Shown one piece after another: positions 11,431 to 23,500 of a DNA stretch of 64,000 bases; positions within the stretch are counted from its first letter, which is position 1, and every line of letters begins with the position of its first letter. Below the pieces are notes generated by a model. It had not been told where the DNA came from. It worked only from the letters and a program-made list of their open reading frames with translations, and did not search any database. This DNA is from Octopus bimaculoides (taxonomy: Eukaryota), in assembly GCF_001194135.2 (NCBI RefSeq), contig NC_068983.1:130681254-130745253 (forward strand). The letters run 5' to 3'. The position numbers were made by a program, and so were the translations under genes.

Positions 11431-13921
11431 AAAAGGTTTACCTAATAATTTGGTACTGCTGGAGACCAGTGGATGAGATTTCCAATTTAGTAGTATCTGA
11501 TGTGAGTGTGTATGCAGGTGTATTTTTTTGCGTGTCCGTGCGTATGTATTTGAAAGTATGAAAGATTGAGGAAAATTAATAGAGGAAGTTAAGCTAGAGA
11601 TTTTCTTGAGTGACAGTTTTCGGTTTTGTTGTAGATGACGTCATTGTCACTCATGCTAGCTTTCCTGTTGCTAATGTTGTTGGTATTAGTTCTGTTACCG
11701 TTTTTCTTGTCCTTTTCGCTGCTTCTGATATTTCATTTGTAGTTATTGAGGCTGTCGTTTCAACAGTATTTAAGAATTGTTACTCATGGTTCGGTGCAGA
11801 AAACATTGCAGTAGCCTACACCATGCGACTTCAAGACGCATTAAGGTTGGTGAGACTTGAGATCTTTCCCACATGTAGAGGTTTGATATGATCAAGGATC
11901 GTTACTGGAATACCAGATCAATACACCCTCTCCATTCATTTCGCATCGAGATTATACCACTTCCATTCAAATTAACACAGAAAAAAAAAACAACCAGATT
12001 TCCCACCCTAATAGAATTTTGTCTTAACGTAACAGATCCTTCTCCGTATAAGATTGGGTAGTGGATGAGTTCCCTATTACATATGGGAGGTATGGAGTCT
12101 TACTTTTCAAGAATTGCGCTATTGATGACGAACACCGCGCACCCGAACGGCCGGGTCTATTTTTGCCCACATTTCTTTCAAGGCTCTTTCTAGTGCTTTT
12201 AGGCGTCGGGCTTTAGCAACAAACAGCGCAACTCCACTGTCTACTGAATAGAAAAAAAACCAAAGCTTCGGCTTTTATGGTAATTTCTCTTTTCCCTTAC
12301 ATTTATCTTCACAAGCTGTTTCACCAGCATCAGACATGTATACTTGTCGTTTAACGAAAACCTGAGCTATTTCGATATTTTGTATATCCCTCGATAAATG
12401 CCGATAGGTTCAGAGTCAGTTGTTAGCAATTTGTTATAAATAAGATGCGTGCTTTAAGGTTTTCAACTACCAGTATTTTTAGCGTACCATCATCACTACT
12501 TGTCAAGTTGCCATAGGAATCATCCAAAACCTCTGACAGGCCTGTCTCCTACCATTTAAACTCGTTTCTTCCGTATGCTGATCGCCACATCTGATGCTTG
12601 CACACATAGCGCTCAATTAAACATAAGGGAAATAAGAAGGACAGATGTTAGAGGTGTTTGTCTAACTAAAGACTATCTCAGTCTAGGCAGAAGAACCCGT
12701 CTTTCCAAATCGAGGTCAACTGTTCTGCACCAGACACAAATATAATAGTTATTGGCAAGTGGGGAGTGTGTCCATGTGCCACATTTTTGTGGATGATAAT
12801 TATGATGATGATAATAGTCGCAGCTGAGGTGGTGGTTGTTTTTCTGATAGTTTGTGACATAGTAGTGGTGGTAACGTTCATACGTCGTGTTCATAGTGGT
12901 CGGTGGTGTTATTGATGTTGGTGGTGGTGGTGGTGGTGGTGGTGGTGGCGGTTGCTTTGTTGGATAGTGATAATGGTCTGCAGTGATGATATTGGAGCTT
13001 CTCTTTATGATTGCAGTTTATATGTCGATGATGATTCGAATATAAAAATTATTATGTATTTCCATGCACCACATGCTTTTTGAAATACGCCAAATTGATG
13101 AAAATGTTAAGCATTTTCAAACATACGAATATACTATTTTTTTATTAACAAACAAAAAGAAGAAAACACCTTTGGATATTACAAGCTCCCATTTTTCTTG
13201 TATTCGACATATGCAGCTGTAATGAAATAAAACACTTTGAAGTTGATATAGACTCTCCATATGTAATGTGATGCTTTACACATTTAGAATCAGAAATATC
13301 ATTAAACGACACAATATTCCGTAGGCACCATAAAGTATTACTTCAGAAATTGCAATACGAGAAGACAATATCATAGATATTCAAATATAGCAAATAACAG
13401 ATTTTCAAAGATCGTAACACAAAGCCAAGAATACATGCTACCTCATGTGAATTTTTGATTTTAGGCATATTCATCCGGTATCTCACGAACAGGGAATCTC
13501 TCTATCTCTTTCTCATTTTCACTCTCGTTCTTACTCTAGGGATTACTATAAATATACAAGTTGATTGCAGTGGCTATTAGAATACGAATTATGATACGAT
13601 TGTATACCTTCAGCGAAAAAGGGACTTTACTAATAAGAGCCGATATCATGGTTCCCGAATAATTCTATTGATCTTTTTCTATGTTAAATTATATATTTCG
13701 GAGTTGGAGATATATGAATTACCTGTCCAGAACATGCAAATAACTATGCGAATAATAATATGGAAAAGCATGGTTTTCTAATATACCTTTTTAAAGCGAA
13801 ATATCTATCTATATATATATACACAATGTATTGACTCACAAACATACGCGCGCACGTATACGCACGCACACGCACACACACACACATACAAACACTCACA
13901 CACACACACACNNNNNNNNNN

Positions 13922-13959
<38 letters not shown>

Positions 13960-13964
<5 letters not shown>

Positions 13965-14522
13965 CTGAAATTTACAGAAAACAAAAGATGAAGACATGTG
14001 TATGAACGTCAACCAAGTGTATTAGTTTGACGCTCAGGAAACATGAAAAAGACTTTCACGTTTCTATCCTACACTCTTCAACAGAAAGAAATAAGAGCAA
14101 ATAAATAGAGAGAGAAGGAAAAAACCGCGTAGAGTTTACCGGTCCAATATGGTGACTGATGGGAATAAAAGAGGTTAAAAAAAAGGGAGATAATAATAAT
14201 AAAAAATAAGTTGAATGAAAAGAAGATAATAATAATGCTAGTGATCCTAACAAGTGAAGGTGAACGTACGTGTGTGTGTATGTGGAAATGGTGCGTGTGA
14301 GTGTGTAAGTGTGAATGAATGAACAGGGGTGAGTGACTCTCACGTGAGAATGTGTGTGCGTTTGTGCGTGTGTAACACGTGTATGTTTGTGTGCGTGTGT
14401 TGTGTAGCTGTTAATGTTTGCTTTTCCACGTGGTGTGTGCACATGTGTGTGTGAGAGAAAACAGTGTGCATGTGTATGGTGTATGTATGTGGATCAAAGT
14501 TATCTTTGTCTACGTATGTTGC

Positions 14523-14571
<49 letters not shown>

Positions 14572-15175
14572 CTGTGTTCAAGTATTATATGCTAGTGCGG
14601 GTGTGGGAGTATATATTGCCTGTGTTCATATATTATGCGCATGCGTGGGTGTGAGAGAATGCATGATGGACTGTGATGTGTGTACTGAGTTAAACAGTGT
14701 GTTTGGCTGCTCATATAGTGGTATGTGTGGTGACACTATTGAAGCTAGTGAATGGGTGTGTGGGTGAGGGTGTTAGGGTGTACGTGCTGAGAATTGGTCA
14801 GGGGAAGATGTACGAGGTGGAGTGGTTGGAGTGGAATCGCAGGAAGGCTCGGAGAATGATGCGTTGGAGAAGTAGGGCGGAGAGGTAGCAGGTGAGGGGA
14901 ACCGGAGACGGATAGCGGCGAGGAGAAGGAGGAGAGACACAGTCCACAGATCATGCCCTAGCAAAAGCAGTGTGGTTAGTGGTGAGGAGATATCCACGTA
15001 GGCGGAAGTAGTGAGCCATGAATTGAGACTGAGTCTCAGAGTCATAGTTGTCAATTCAGAGCCTGCGCAGTAAGAGGAGTAGGAAGTAGGGGGTGGACAG
15101 CTTGATCTGGAAAGAGTGGGAGGAGAAGTTAAGGTAGGAGTGTGAGTCAGTCTGTTTGTAGTGGATGGACAGAGG

Positions 15176-15178
<3 letters not shown>
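13960..15178 (-). mobile_element. Penelope-like element 3' half (RT C-terminal relic, degenerate middle, terminal repeat with hammerhead-like motif)
   Basis: SIHYKQTDSHSYLNFSSHSFQIKLSTPY...LRRL*...AHYFRLRGY matches the PLE RT thumb motif YxKPTDSHSYL..SSHP..K.SIPYSQ.LRLRR. The 3' end is homologous to 19900-20195. Flanked by (TA)n. Confidence 0.65.
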
Positions 15179-15211
<33 letters not shown>

Positions 15212-15884
15212 GCACACACTTACATGTACATGCCGAAATATATATGTACATGTATATACTGAAATACACACATACATCTATGTATATTCTGTAGAAGTGT
15301 AACGGCAGTGTACAAGGGAGTACTGACTCTAAGAAAGATCGAACTGAATAATGTGTATATTTTGATAATAATTCATCTCGGTATAACTTCTGTTTGTGTA
15401 TGTGTATTTGTGTGTGTGCATATTTGTATTCTATGTATGTATTATATATGTATGTAAGCCTACGTGGTTGATTTACAAACATGGCATATCGAACTACTTT
15501 CTCATAGATTGAAAAAATGGTGAAATGTCTTAGTTTTTGTTAGGTATTGGGGCCTCATCATATAAACATAGAGAGAAAGGGGGAGACACGGGGAGAGAAT
15601 ATAAATCAACTTAAAAGTGACAAGGCAGATAAAGTGAGAAATGTATAGTTCACCAAATGAATTCAATTTGACCTTTCGAGTTTAATCCCATTTACACAAA
15701 ATTTAATTTTTTAAACAGAAACAAATTGTTAAGTGGGGAAGAAGCGAAAACAAGAATATGGATGAAATCTGTGTAGGTCTCATGCTAGATCATGTCAAGA
15801 AAGGGGAAGCTCAAATGATTAGATGCGAGGAGGAAAGGTTAAGACTACATACATTCAGTTGCAAAAGAGAAAGGAATTTGTTTG

Positions 15885-16105
15885 TTATTTCCTTACTGCC
15901 CACAAGGAGCTAGACACAAATGGGACAAACGGATTAAGTTGATTATATCGACCACAAAGCGCAACTGTTACTTATTTAATCGACCCCGAAAGGATGAAAG
16001 GCAAAGTCGACCGCGGCGGAATTTGATCTCAGAACGTACTGGTAGATGAAATATCGCAAAGCATTTCGCCCGGCGTGCTAACGTTTCTGCCAGCTCGCCG
16101 CCTTA
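15885..16105 (-). mobile_element. tRNA-derived SINE (OR-like), near full length
   Basis: Reverse complement of the 2361-2595 unit. The ORF track shows the shared pseudo-peptide RRAGRNVSTPGEML. Confidence 0.85.
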
Positions 16106-18851
16106 CAGAAGAAAATTTGTTTCTATTAGGTATCTGTAAATGCGCACGTGAAATATCAAAGCGTCTATGTGAGTTGTGGGGGAGGGGTGCGTCCGTGCGT
16201 GTGTTTGTGTGTCTTTGTCTGTGCATGTGTGCGTGTATGTGTGTTTACTGGATATAACTGTGCTCTACCTAATTCTGTATAAATTATGTGTTCAGTATAT
16301 GTTTGAATGTATGTACATTTTTGTGAAGCAATTTGTTCATGTCTATTTATGTGAGTGTGATTCTGCTCTTTTCCTGAGATTAAATGAGTGGGATGTTGCG
16401 TTGCTATGAGGAGTAGTCGTGATATATACACACCATAGCTGTGTGTATGCGCTTGTGGCTGTTACTCTTTTGCGTGTGATATCGAAAACGTGTGCTTGTA
16501 ATGAGTGTGTGTGAACAACGGAAAATTCATTTAAAAATTAAATCCTGAATAACCACAAAATGATTGAATTATGAGAACAAATTCATATAAAATTGAGAAT
16601 TTTCATTTTCATTTATTGTTAGGATATTTCACATTTTGCCCATTTGCGTTGCCGCTTTGCGATTCGAAATACAGCTCACACCTGTTTTATTTGACCTGTT
16701 CCTGTGGTATTGACAGGGGATACTACGCGTTAAATATAATCTCTGATACAACACCAATTTTTATATGCAAATTTCACCAAACTCTTGACTTAATAATAAA
16801 GCTTTAACATTAAAATCCCTAGATTTAGTACTTGATAATGAATTTCTCGGGTGCTGGTGTTTCATTTTCTCTTTTATTTATTTATTTTATTTATTTATTT
16901 ATTTATTTCTATGAAAACATATAAATTAAGTTTTACTAACACGAAGTAAACTTCTTAGCTTAAATTCAGAAAGATAACTTATAACAGAAAAATATCTTTG
17001 AAAGTAAACCTCACTCACTGTCAAAAGACAAAGGACACGCATACATATCTCCACTCGCCTTTTACATTGTAATCAAGATAGCTGCACCATACTTGAGGTA
17101 TTCATGCTGTAAAGTACATAAGCGACTGTAATTGTTACGTGAAAACCTCCACACCCTCATTTGATGTGTTGAATCATTGGGTGGTCTCGGCTACATACAT
17201 AGTCTCTCACCTTCAACAAGCATTAATAAAGTGAATCAGAAGTATCATCCAACTGAACTAACGTTTTCCTTTCATTTCACCACAACGTTCAGATTTGGAT
17301 GACAGTTATAGGAAACCTGATTCGAAAGAATCATCCTTGAAGTTTTCTATCGTGTCTATGATTTTCCATATAATTTTTATGGTGTTTGTTTCTTTGATTT
17401 TTAATCTGCGAACATATCTGTTAATTTTGGCCCAAAGTCAATCCATATGAAATAAACTCATAACAGTTATGACCATCACATCCATTTAGGGTGGAACTAA
17501 TATGCATGATTTAAAAGGATGGGTGTTTATTTAAGAAACGTTTGGCCGCTATATTGTAGAGGTTCTCTTATTCGATGTAAGTGGAAATTAACTTGTATTT
17601 TACAAGTTAAAGCAATCAAATGGTAATTTTGTTATAAACTCATATATATCTATAGTTGTTATTGTTATTTCGTCTCAGGCAAGTAATGTCGCGCAAATGT
17701 TTTGTGAAAGGAATTCAGCCATGGCCATCATGCTATTTCTTGTTTAACAAATAGAGTGGGAGAATTTGGGACGCCATATCTAGGATTTAGAATAACCACT
17801 AAAGCAACAGTAGACAGTCAGTAGACAGTCAGTGTGTAAGATCGTTTTCCCTGTTGATATTCAACCAAAATCTGTTTAAATCTTAAGAGCAATGCAACAA
17901 TTTAATGCATTGCATACCTACGAACTTCTAATATTAAACATTTCTCAGCACATATTTATCCCAACTGGCTGTTTTTTTTTTTATTTGCAATGCATCTTGA
18001 CACAGAAAATTCTCTAAAAGGCTCACTCAGCCTCGTATTCAAACATATCTGTATAATACAACGACGTTCGTTATGATTTTGAGACAGTATATGCCAATAG
18101 TTTTGTACAGACTGCAGAACGCTCTTAGTAGGTTCTCTACAGCTAAGTACTTCAATATCTATGTTATTTATTGAGATGTCAAGAATGATAAAAAAATGAT
18201 ATTATCTAGGTATTTACCTCTCAGAAAGAAAATAACATAGTTCGGCAATATGTGTTCTTTGTCATCTAATAAAATGTGACAATGTATATCTTGTGTTTGT
18301 GGCAGATTGGTTTGAAGCAGTTCCATTACTAAGCGAAACGATTGTTGAACTAAATTCTCAAGTTTTTGCTAAAATGCTTATTTCTATGGAATTTGGTGGA
18401 TTTACGTAATCATCAGACAAACGAAAATCTGTCTAATGCATTTTCTTATGAACATTTACCTCTTAAGTTCAAATCACACCAAGAGTAAATCCGAAATAAA
18501 TTTTCCATTAATTTTAAAAATAACAAAATAAAAATCAATTTGCATTTTAATTTTTAATGGTACATTATTTACTAACCCAGAAAAAATGTAAGACAAACAA
18601 ACTTCGATGGCATTTGAACTCAGAGAGCAAGGAGTTAAAATGTCTGATACACGATATTTTATCTAAATCTCTCGTGATCCTGCCAATTTGTAAATGTATA
18701 AATATATGGCATATTCTGCCAAGATCCGGCAAATAACATTTCAATATAAGCAGATTTGTCAAAACTAATTACAATGAATCTGTTGTCTGGCATAAGTTAC
18801 CATGCTAAGCAATATAATTTTAGACATAAATTTAGTGACGAAAGTGTATAT

Positions 18852-19025
18852 AAGTGTGGATGTGTGGAAAGATGATTGCTTTCTAACCACATGGTTCCGG
18901 GTTCACTTCCGCTGCGCAGCATCTTGGCATCTTGGGCAGGTGTCTTTTACTATTGCATAAAGCCGACTAGAGCACTGTGAGCGGATTTGTTAGGTGGAAA
19001 CTGGAAGAAGCTCGTCGTATATCAA
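18852..19025 (+). mobile_element. tRNA-derived SINE (OK-like)
   Basis: AACCACATGGTTCCGGGTTCAC...CTTGGGCAGGTGTCTT...GGAAACTGGAAGAAGCTCGTCGTATAT. Confidence 0.7.
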
Positions 19026-19544
19026 TATATATATGTATGTGTCTTTGTGTCAGTGTTTGCGTGTAAATATATATANNNNNNNNNNNNNNNNNNNNNNNNN
19101 NNNNNNNNNNNNNNNNNNNNNNNNNNNNNNNNNNNNNNNNNNNNNNNNNNNNNNNNNNNNNNNNNNNNNNNNNNNNNNNNNNNNNNNNNNNNNNNNNNNN
19201 NNNNNNNNNNNNNNNNNNNNNNNNNNNNNNNNNNNNNNNNNNNNNNNNNNNNNNNNNNNNNNNNNNNNNNNNNNNNNNNNNNNNNNNNNNNNNNNNNNNN
19301 NNNNNNNNNNNNNNNNNNNNNNNNNNNNNNNNNNNNNNNNNNNNNNNNNNNNNNNNNNNNNNNNNNNNNNNNNNNNNNNNNNNNNNNNNNNNNNNNNNNN
19401 NNNNNNNNNNNNNNNNNNNNNNNNNNNNNNNNNNNNNNNNNNNNNNNNNNNNNNNNNNNNNNNNNNNNNNNNNNNNNNNNNNNNNNNNNNNNNNNNNNNN
19501 NNNNNNNNNNNNNNNNNNNNNNNNNNNNNNNNNNNNNNNNNNNN

Positions 19545-20195
19545 TTACACCCCATCCCTTACACCCCATCCCTTACACCCCATCCCTTACACCCATTCCC
19601 CAACACCCTCTCCTACATGCCCCACCTCTATCCCACCCTCTATCTACCCACATACCCCACCTACGGCAACCTCTGCGTACCCGCATAGCCCACCTGTACC
19701 CACAGCCCCATCCTAACTCACACGCCACCCGTGTTTTCCCCACTCTCGTCTCCCCCGCCTCTCAACACCATCACATCATACCACACAACACGTCTTATCA
19801 CAACACACCACCATGCACACACCAGCACTGACCATTTCCCATCCCCACATATTTACACCTTCACACCTATATACACACACGCATATATTAAGATCATCAG
19901 CAATCTCTCACACACACGCACCTTCGTTTTGGGATCACTACGACTTTGTTATCTCCCCTTCTTCTTAACTGTCCTGTGTGACACTTCAGTGCGGCATTCG
20001 CCATGATAGAACGCTGACCACTACACACATTTTTTTCTCTCCTTGTTTCTTTCCGTGTTCCTTTCTGTAGAAGAACGTAGGCTCGAAACGTTAAAGACTT
20101 GTTCAATTCCAGAGCGTAATACTAATACATCTATTTGTTTTCAGCACCGCCTGTCTTCGTCCGTTGTTTTGTTTTTTGTGTGAATTCTCCCTTGA
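19545..20195 (+). mobile_element. Penelope-type 3' end: C/A-rich tract plus terminal repeat with hammerhead-like motif
   Basis: Colinear homology with the minus-strand 13960-14300 region (cacacgcacc...ggatcacta...ttatctccc...ctttCTGTNGAAGA...GAAACGT.aaag). Ends in (TA)n. Begins with a 14-bp ttacaccccatccc repeat next to a gap. Confidence 0.55.
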
Positions 20196-20225
20196 TATAT
20201 ATATATATATATAAATATAAATATA

Positions 20226-20789
20226 TATAATACAGAATGGGACAAGAACGCAAAACATCAAGACAGTTAGGTGATACAAGAAAGGGACAAAACATTTAGA
20301 TAGCCGATACAAAGAAAACACGGACATATCATTCGGAGTTTTCTCTCTTCAGTCGAGATCCAGATTATCTTTGCATTTCAGCTGATTATTCTCGATATTG
20401 CTCCAATCTGGCCATCCCCAAGGAAAAACTAAGCTAAGAGCATTACATTCCTTGGAAGAAAGCAGCGAATGTATACAAAAACAAGGACGGAAAAAACACA
20501 AACAATGTTACACAAATACAGTAAGAATAACACCGGGCATAACGACAGATGTCTTTCGACTGGACGAATAAAAGTAAGCTGGCGTATATGGAAATAAGGT
20601 CTTACAACCGGTATACAAGATTTCACAGGCACAGGGAGCAATGTCAAAAATAACCAGCTGAAATTGCACAGGTAATCTGGATCTCGACTGTCCGTGTTTT
20701 CTTTGCATCGTCTGTCTGAATGTTTTGTTCCTTTCTTGTACAACCTAGCTGTCTGGATCTTTTGCGTTCTTGTCCCAATCTGTATTATA
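20226..20789. mobile_element. Foldback / inverted-repeat element embedded in (TA)n
   Basis: 20226-20385 and 20648-20789 are reverse complements. The ORF track shows mirrored pseudo-peptides at 20103-20327 and 20429-20743. Confidence 0.8.
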
Positions 20790-21132
20790 TATATATATAT
20801 NNNNNNNNNNTGTATGTATTTATAGATTTGTGGATGTGTGCATATTTTTTTGCAAAAGGTATTTGTTACTGTGATAATATTTAGAGAGAATGTTTCTTAG
20901 TTAAGGACTATTTGTTCAATTATATATTAATTCATTTATCCTCAAATACAATCCTTTGGAAAGATCCTTTGAATTGTATGAATTGTGTTTAACAGCTTGC
21001 GTTATTTGTCTTCTTAAATACTGCCGGCATTAACTTGCTATAAATCAGGTAGTAATTTTACCTTTAACTTATTTTTAGTGCAAGTTTTGAAGAATGTTGT
21101 TCGATTTTAGCAGTTATTTTTTCAAAGCTATA

Positions 21133-22203
21133 ATGGACGTGACAATGAGCATATTCAGCGTATTTTGCTTCATGAGTTCAATAAAGGAACAACACAACAG
21201 AAATGCATTACATGAGGATCGGACAATAAGCGTAACTCAGTGTCAACGGTCGTTCCTGAAATTCCAGAAATCCCGTGCCGGAAACTACAGCCTACAAGAC
21301 GATCCTAGTCCTGGAAGATTTGCAGATGTTGACGTGGACGTCCAGTAAACCCTGGTGGAAAAAATCTCATCGTAACTGCTGAGGAACTAGCAGAGGAGCT
21401 TCGATTTAGTCATTCAACTATTCATTGACACCTGCATTCCATCGGAAAAGTCAGCAAATTGGTTCAAACGGTTCCTCACAAACGTTTCCAGTCCAATCGC
21501 ACGCAGAGATTGAATGTATGCTCTTCTTTGCTGTCACGTCTCAAGAAAACGAATGAACCTTTTTTGGACCAAATGGCTACTGGTTACGAGAAATAGGTTC
21601 TCTATAAAAACGTCAAGCATCGAAGAGAGTGGGTACGGAAAGGAGAAACAACGGCACCCAAGGCTAAAGGTCTTCACTCACGTTGGGTGCTCTTATCTGT
21701 TTGATGGAATATGAAATGTTTCGTCCACTTTGAACTTTTAAACCCATACGAAACGTTAACAAAGGAGATCTCCTGTGACCAGCTTGGGCACTAGAAGAAA
21801 AACGGCCATCTTTGGTTTCAAGAGGAAAGTTGTTCTTCCTTCAAGATAATGCTCGGCCACATACAGCGAGGACGAAATTCCAAAGGCAGACGCAGTTTAC
21901 ATGAGAAACGATACCCCACCCACCACATTCACCGGACACAGCCCGTCTAATAATCATTTATTGTGCAGTCTTCAAAATTATTTGGACGGAAAAGATAGCC
22001 GAGGTCACAGCTGTGCTGGAGGAGTATTTTTCGTCACGGACAAGTGAATTTTAGAAGGCGAGCCTTGAAGTCTACCAAATAGATGGAAGAGCATTATAGA
22101 AAATGAAGGAGAGTATAATTTAGATTAAAAAGAACTTTGTTTATCTTAATTTTGAAAATACAAAAGTATAAAAATATCCGCTTTATTTATGGGATGACCC
22201 ATT
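21133..22203 (+). mobile_element. mariner (D,D34D) transposon relic, left TIR not seen
   Basis: MDVT.EHIQRILLHEFNKG start, TVPHK (WVPH), TGYEK*VLY (TGDEKW), QDNARPH and PHPPHSPDTAPS. Right end ccgctttatttatgggatgaccca. Confidence 0.85.
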
Positions 22204-22657
22204 ATCTATAATAATAAATGCGAAAGCGAATGCCAGACTGTCAGTGTGTCACACATTTTCAACTTTACTCCTCCGAGACCCTCTCTCACTTTTCAATGAC
22301 ACTTCTACTATTCATCATACTTTCCCCCTCTCTCACTATTCAATGATTCTTCTACTATTCTTCATTCTTGGTTTTCTTCTTAATTCTAACATTTTGGAAA
22401 AAATATTTCTCTAAATATAAAATTTCCGAAAGTAATTTCCAAAATAAACATTTTGAAAAATACCTTTCTGTAAATATTATAAGTATTTCCAAAAGTAATT
22501 TCCAGAATATACATTTTGGGAAAAAAAACTATTCTCTCAATATTATAACTCTGTCAAGTAATTTAACCATATCATTTGCTTCATAACGTTCGTAACTGAA
22601 ATACGTATTGAACTCACTCTCTCATAAAATAATACTTCTCATAACTGTCTGCCATAA

Positions 22658-23010
22658 ATATTATTTACATTTGACGAATATTTGTCCTCGTGTTGTTTGT
22701 TGTTCACACAACGTTTCAGCTGTTATATCCTCCAGCCTTCATCAGGTGTCTTGGGGAAATTTCGAGCCTGGGTTCTCATTCCTAAGGTATTTCTCTATGT
22801 TGTTGTTGTTGTTGTTATTATTAACATTATTATTATTGTTATTATTATTCAGGTCCCTGCGTGGAGTCGAACTCGGAATCTTGGGGTTAGTAGCCCACGT
22901 TCTTGACCAATACGCCATATGCCCGTGGGCAATTATGGAGTGAATTTTAGGGCTTATAAATATTTTCCTATCCTTCCTTAATACAGGTTCCCATATGCTA
23001 CTCGCATCAG
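22658..23010 (-). mobile_element. Second copy of the tRNA-like head plus hammerhead element
   Basis: Minus strand: ~85-bp leader, tRNA-like 22851-22928 (A box TGGCGTATTGG, B box GAGTTCGACTCC), (AAT/AAC)n linker, hammerhead and tail. Colinear with 3091-3410. Confidence 0.75.
22706..22749 (-). ncRNA. Minimal hammerhead ribozyme-like motif (best-preserved copy)
   Basis: acac-CTGATGA-a-GGCTGgaggatataaCAGCT-GAAA-CGTT-gtgt: stem I 4 bp, stem II 5 bp including one G-U, palindromic ACGT helix III, GUU cleavage triplet. Confidence 0.65.
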
Positions 23011-23265
23011 CATTCACTCTGCTTAGGAGTTTGATATGTCCTAATATATGTGCTGCTTTTATTTTTGTTTTCGTATTTTCCAATGGTGTTCTCTATCTAT
23101 TATTTTAACTTGACCATTTTTCCATACATGATCATATAGATGTAGAGTGTGCGGAGCAGTCCACAAAACTTTGGATTTATCGATTCGAAACCTTGGGTAA
23201 TTCTATGTTGAAGATATAAATTTTTGTTCTAACGTGCGTATATCTATATATATATATATATGCGT

Positions 23266-23315
<50 letters not shown>

Positions 23316-23500
23316 TTATATTTACATTTATGTATTTATGTATTTTAGACTCTATCCATAAAATACTTCTTCAACCTTACCTTTGGTCTCTTTATCTTTT
23401 TGTTTTTATATATTTACATATACATTTATGTATGTATGTATGCACACACACACGCACCTATGCGCGTGCACATACACACACACATACACATATATATATA

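Noticed and set aside
12480-12790. Possible minus-strand exons (TVDLDLERRVLLPRLR and MWRSAYGRNEFKW)
   Set aside because: The frames are short, the splice context is unconvincing and I recognise no family.
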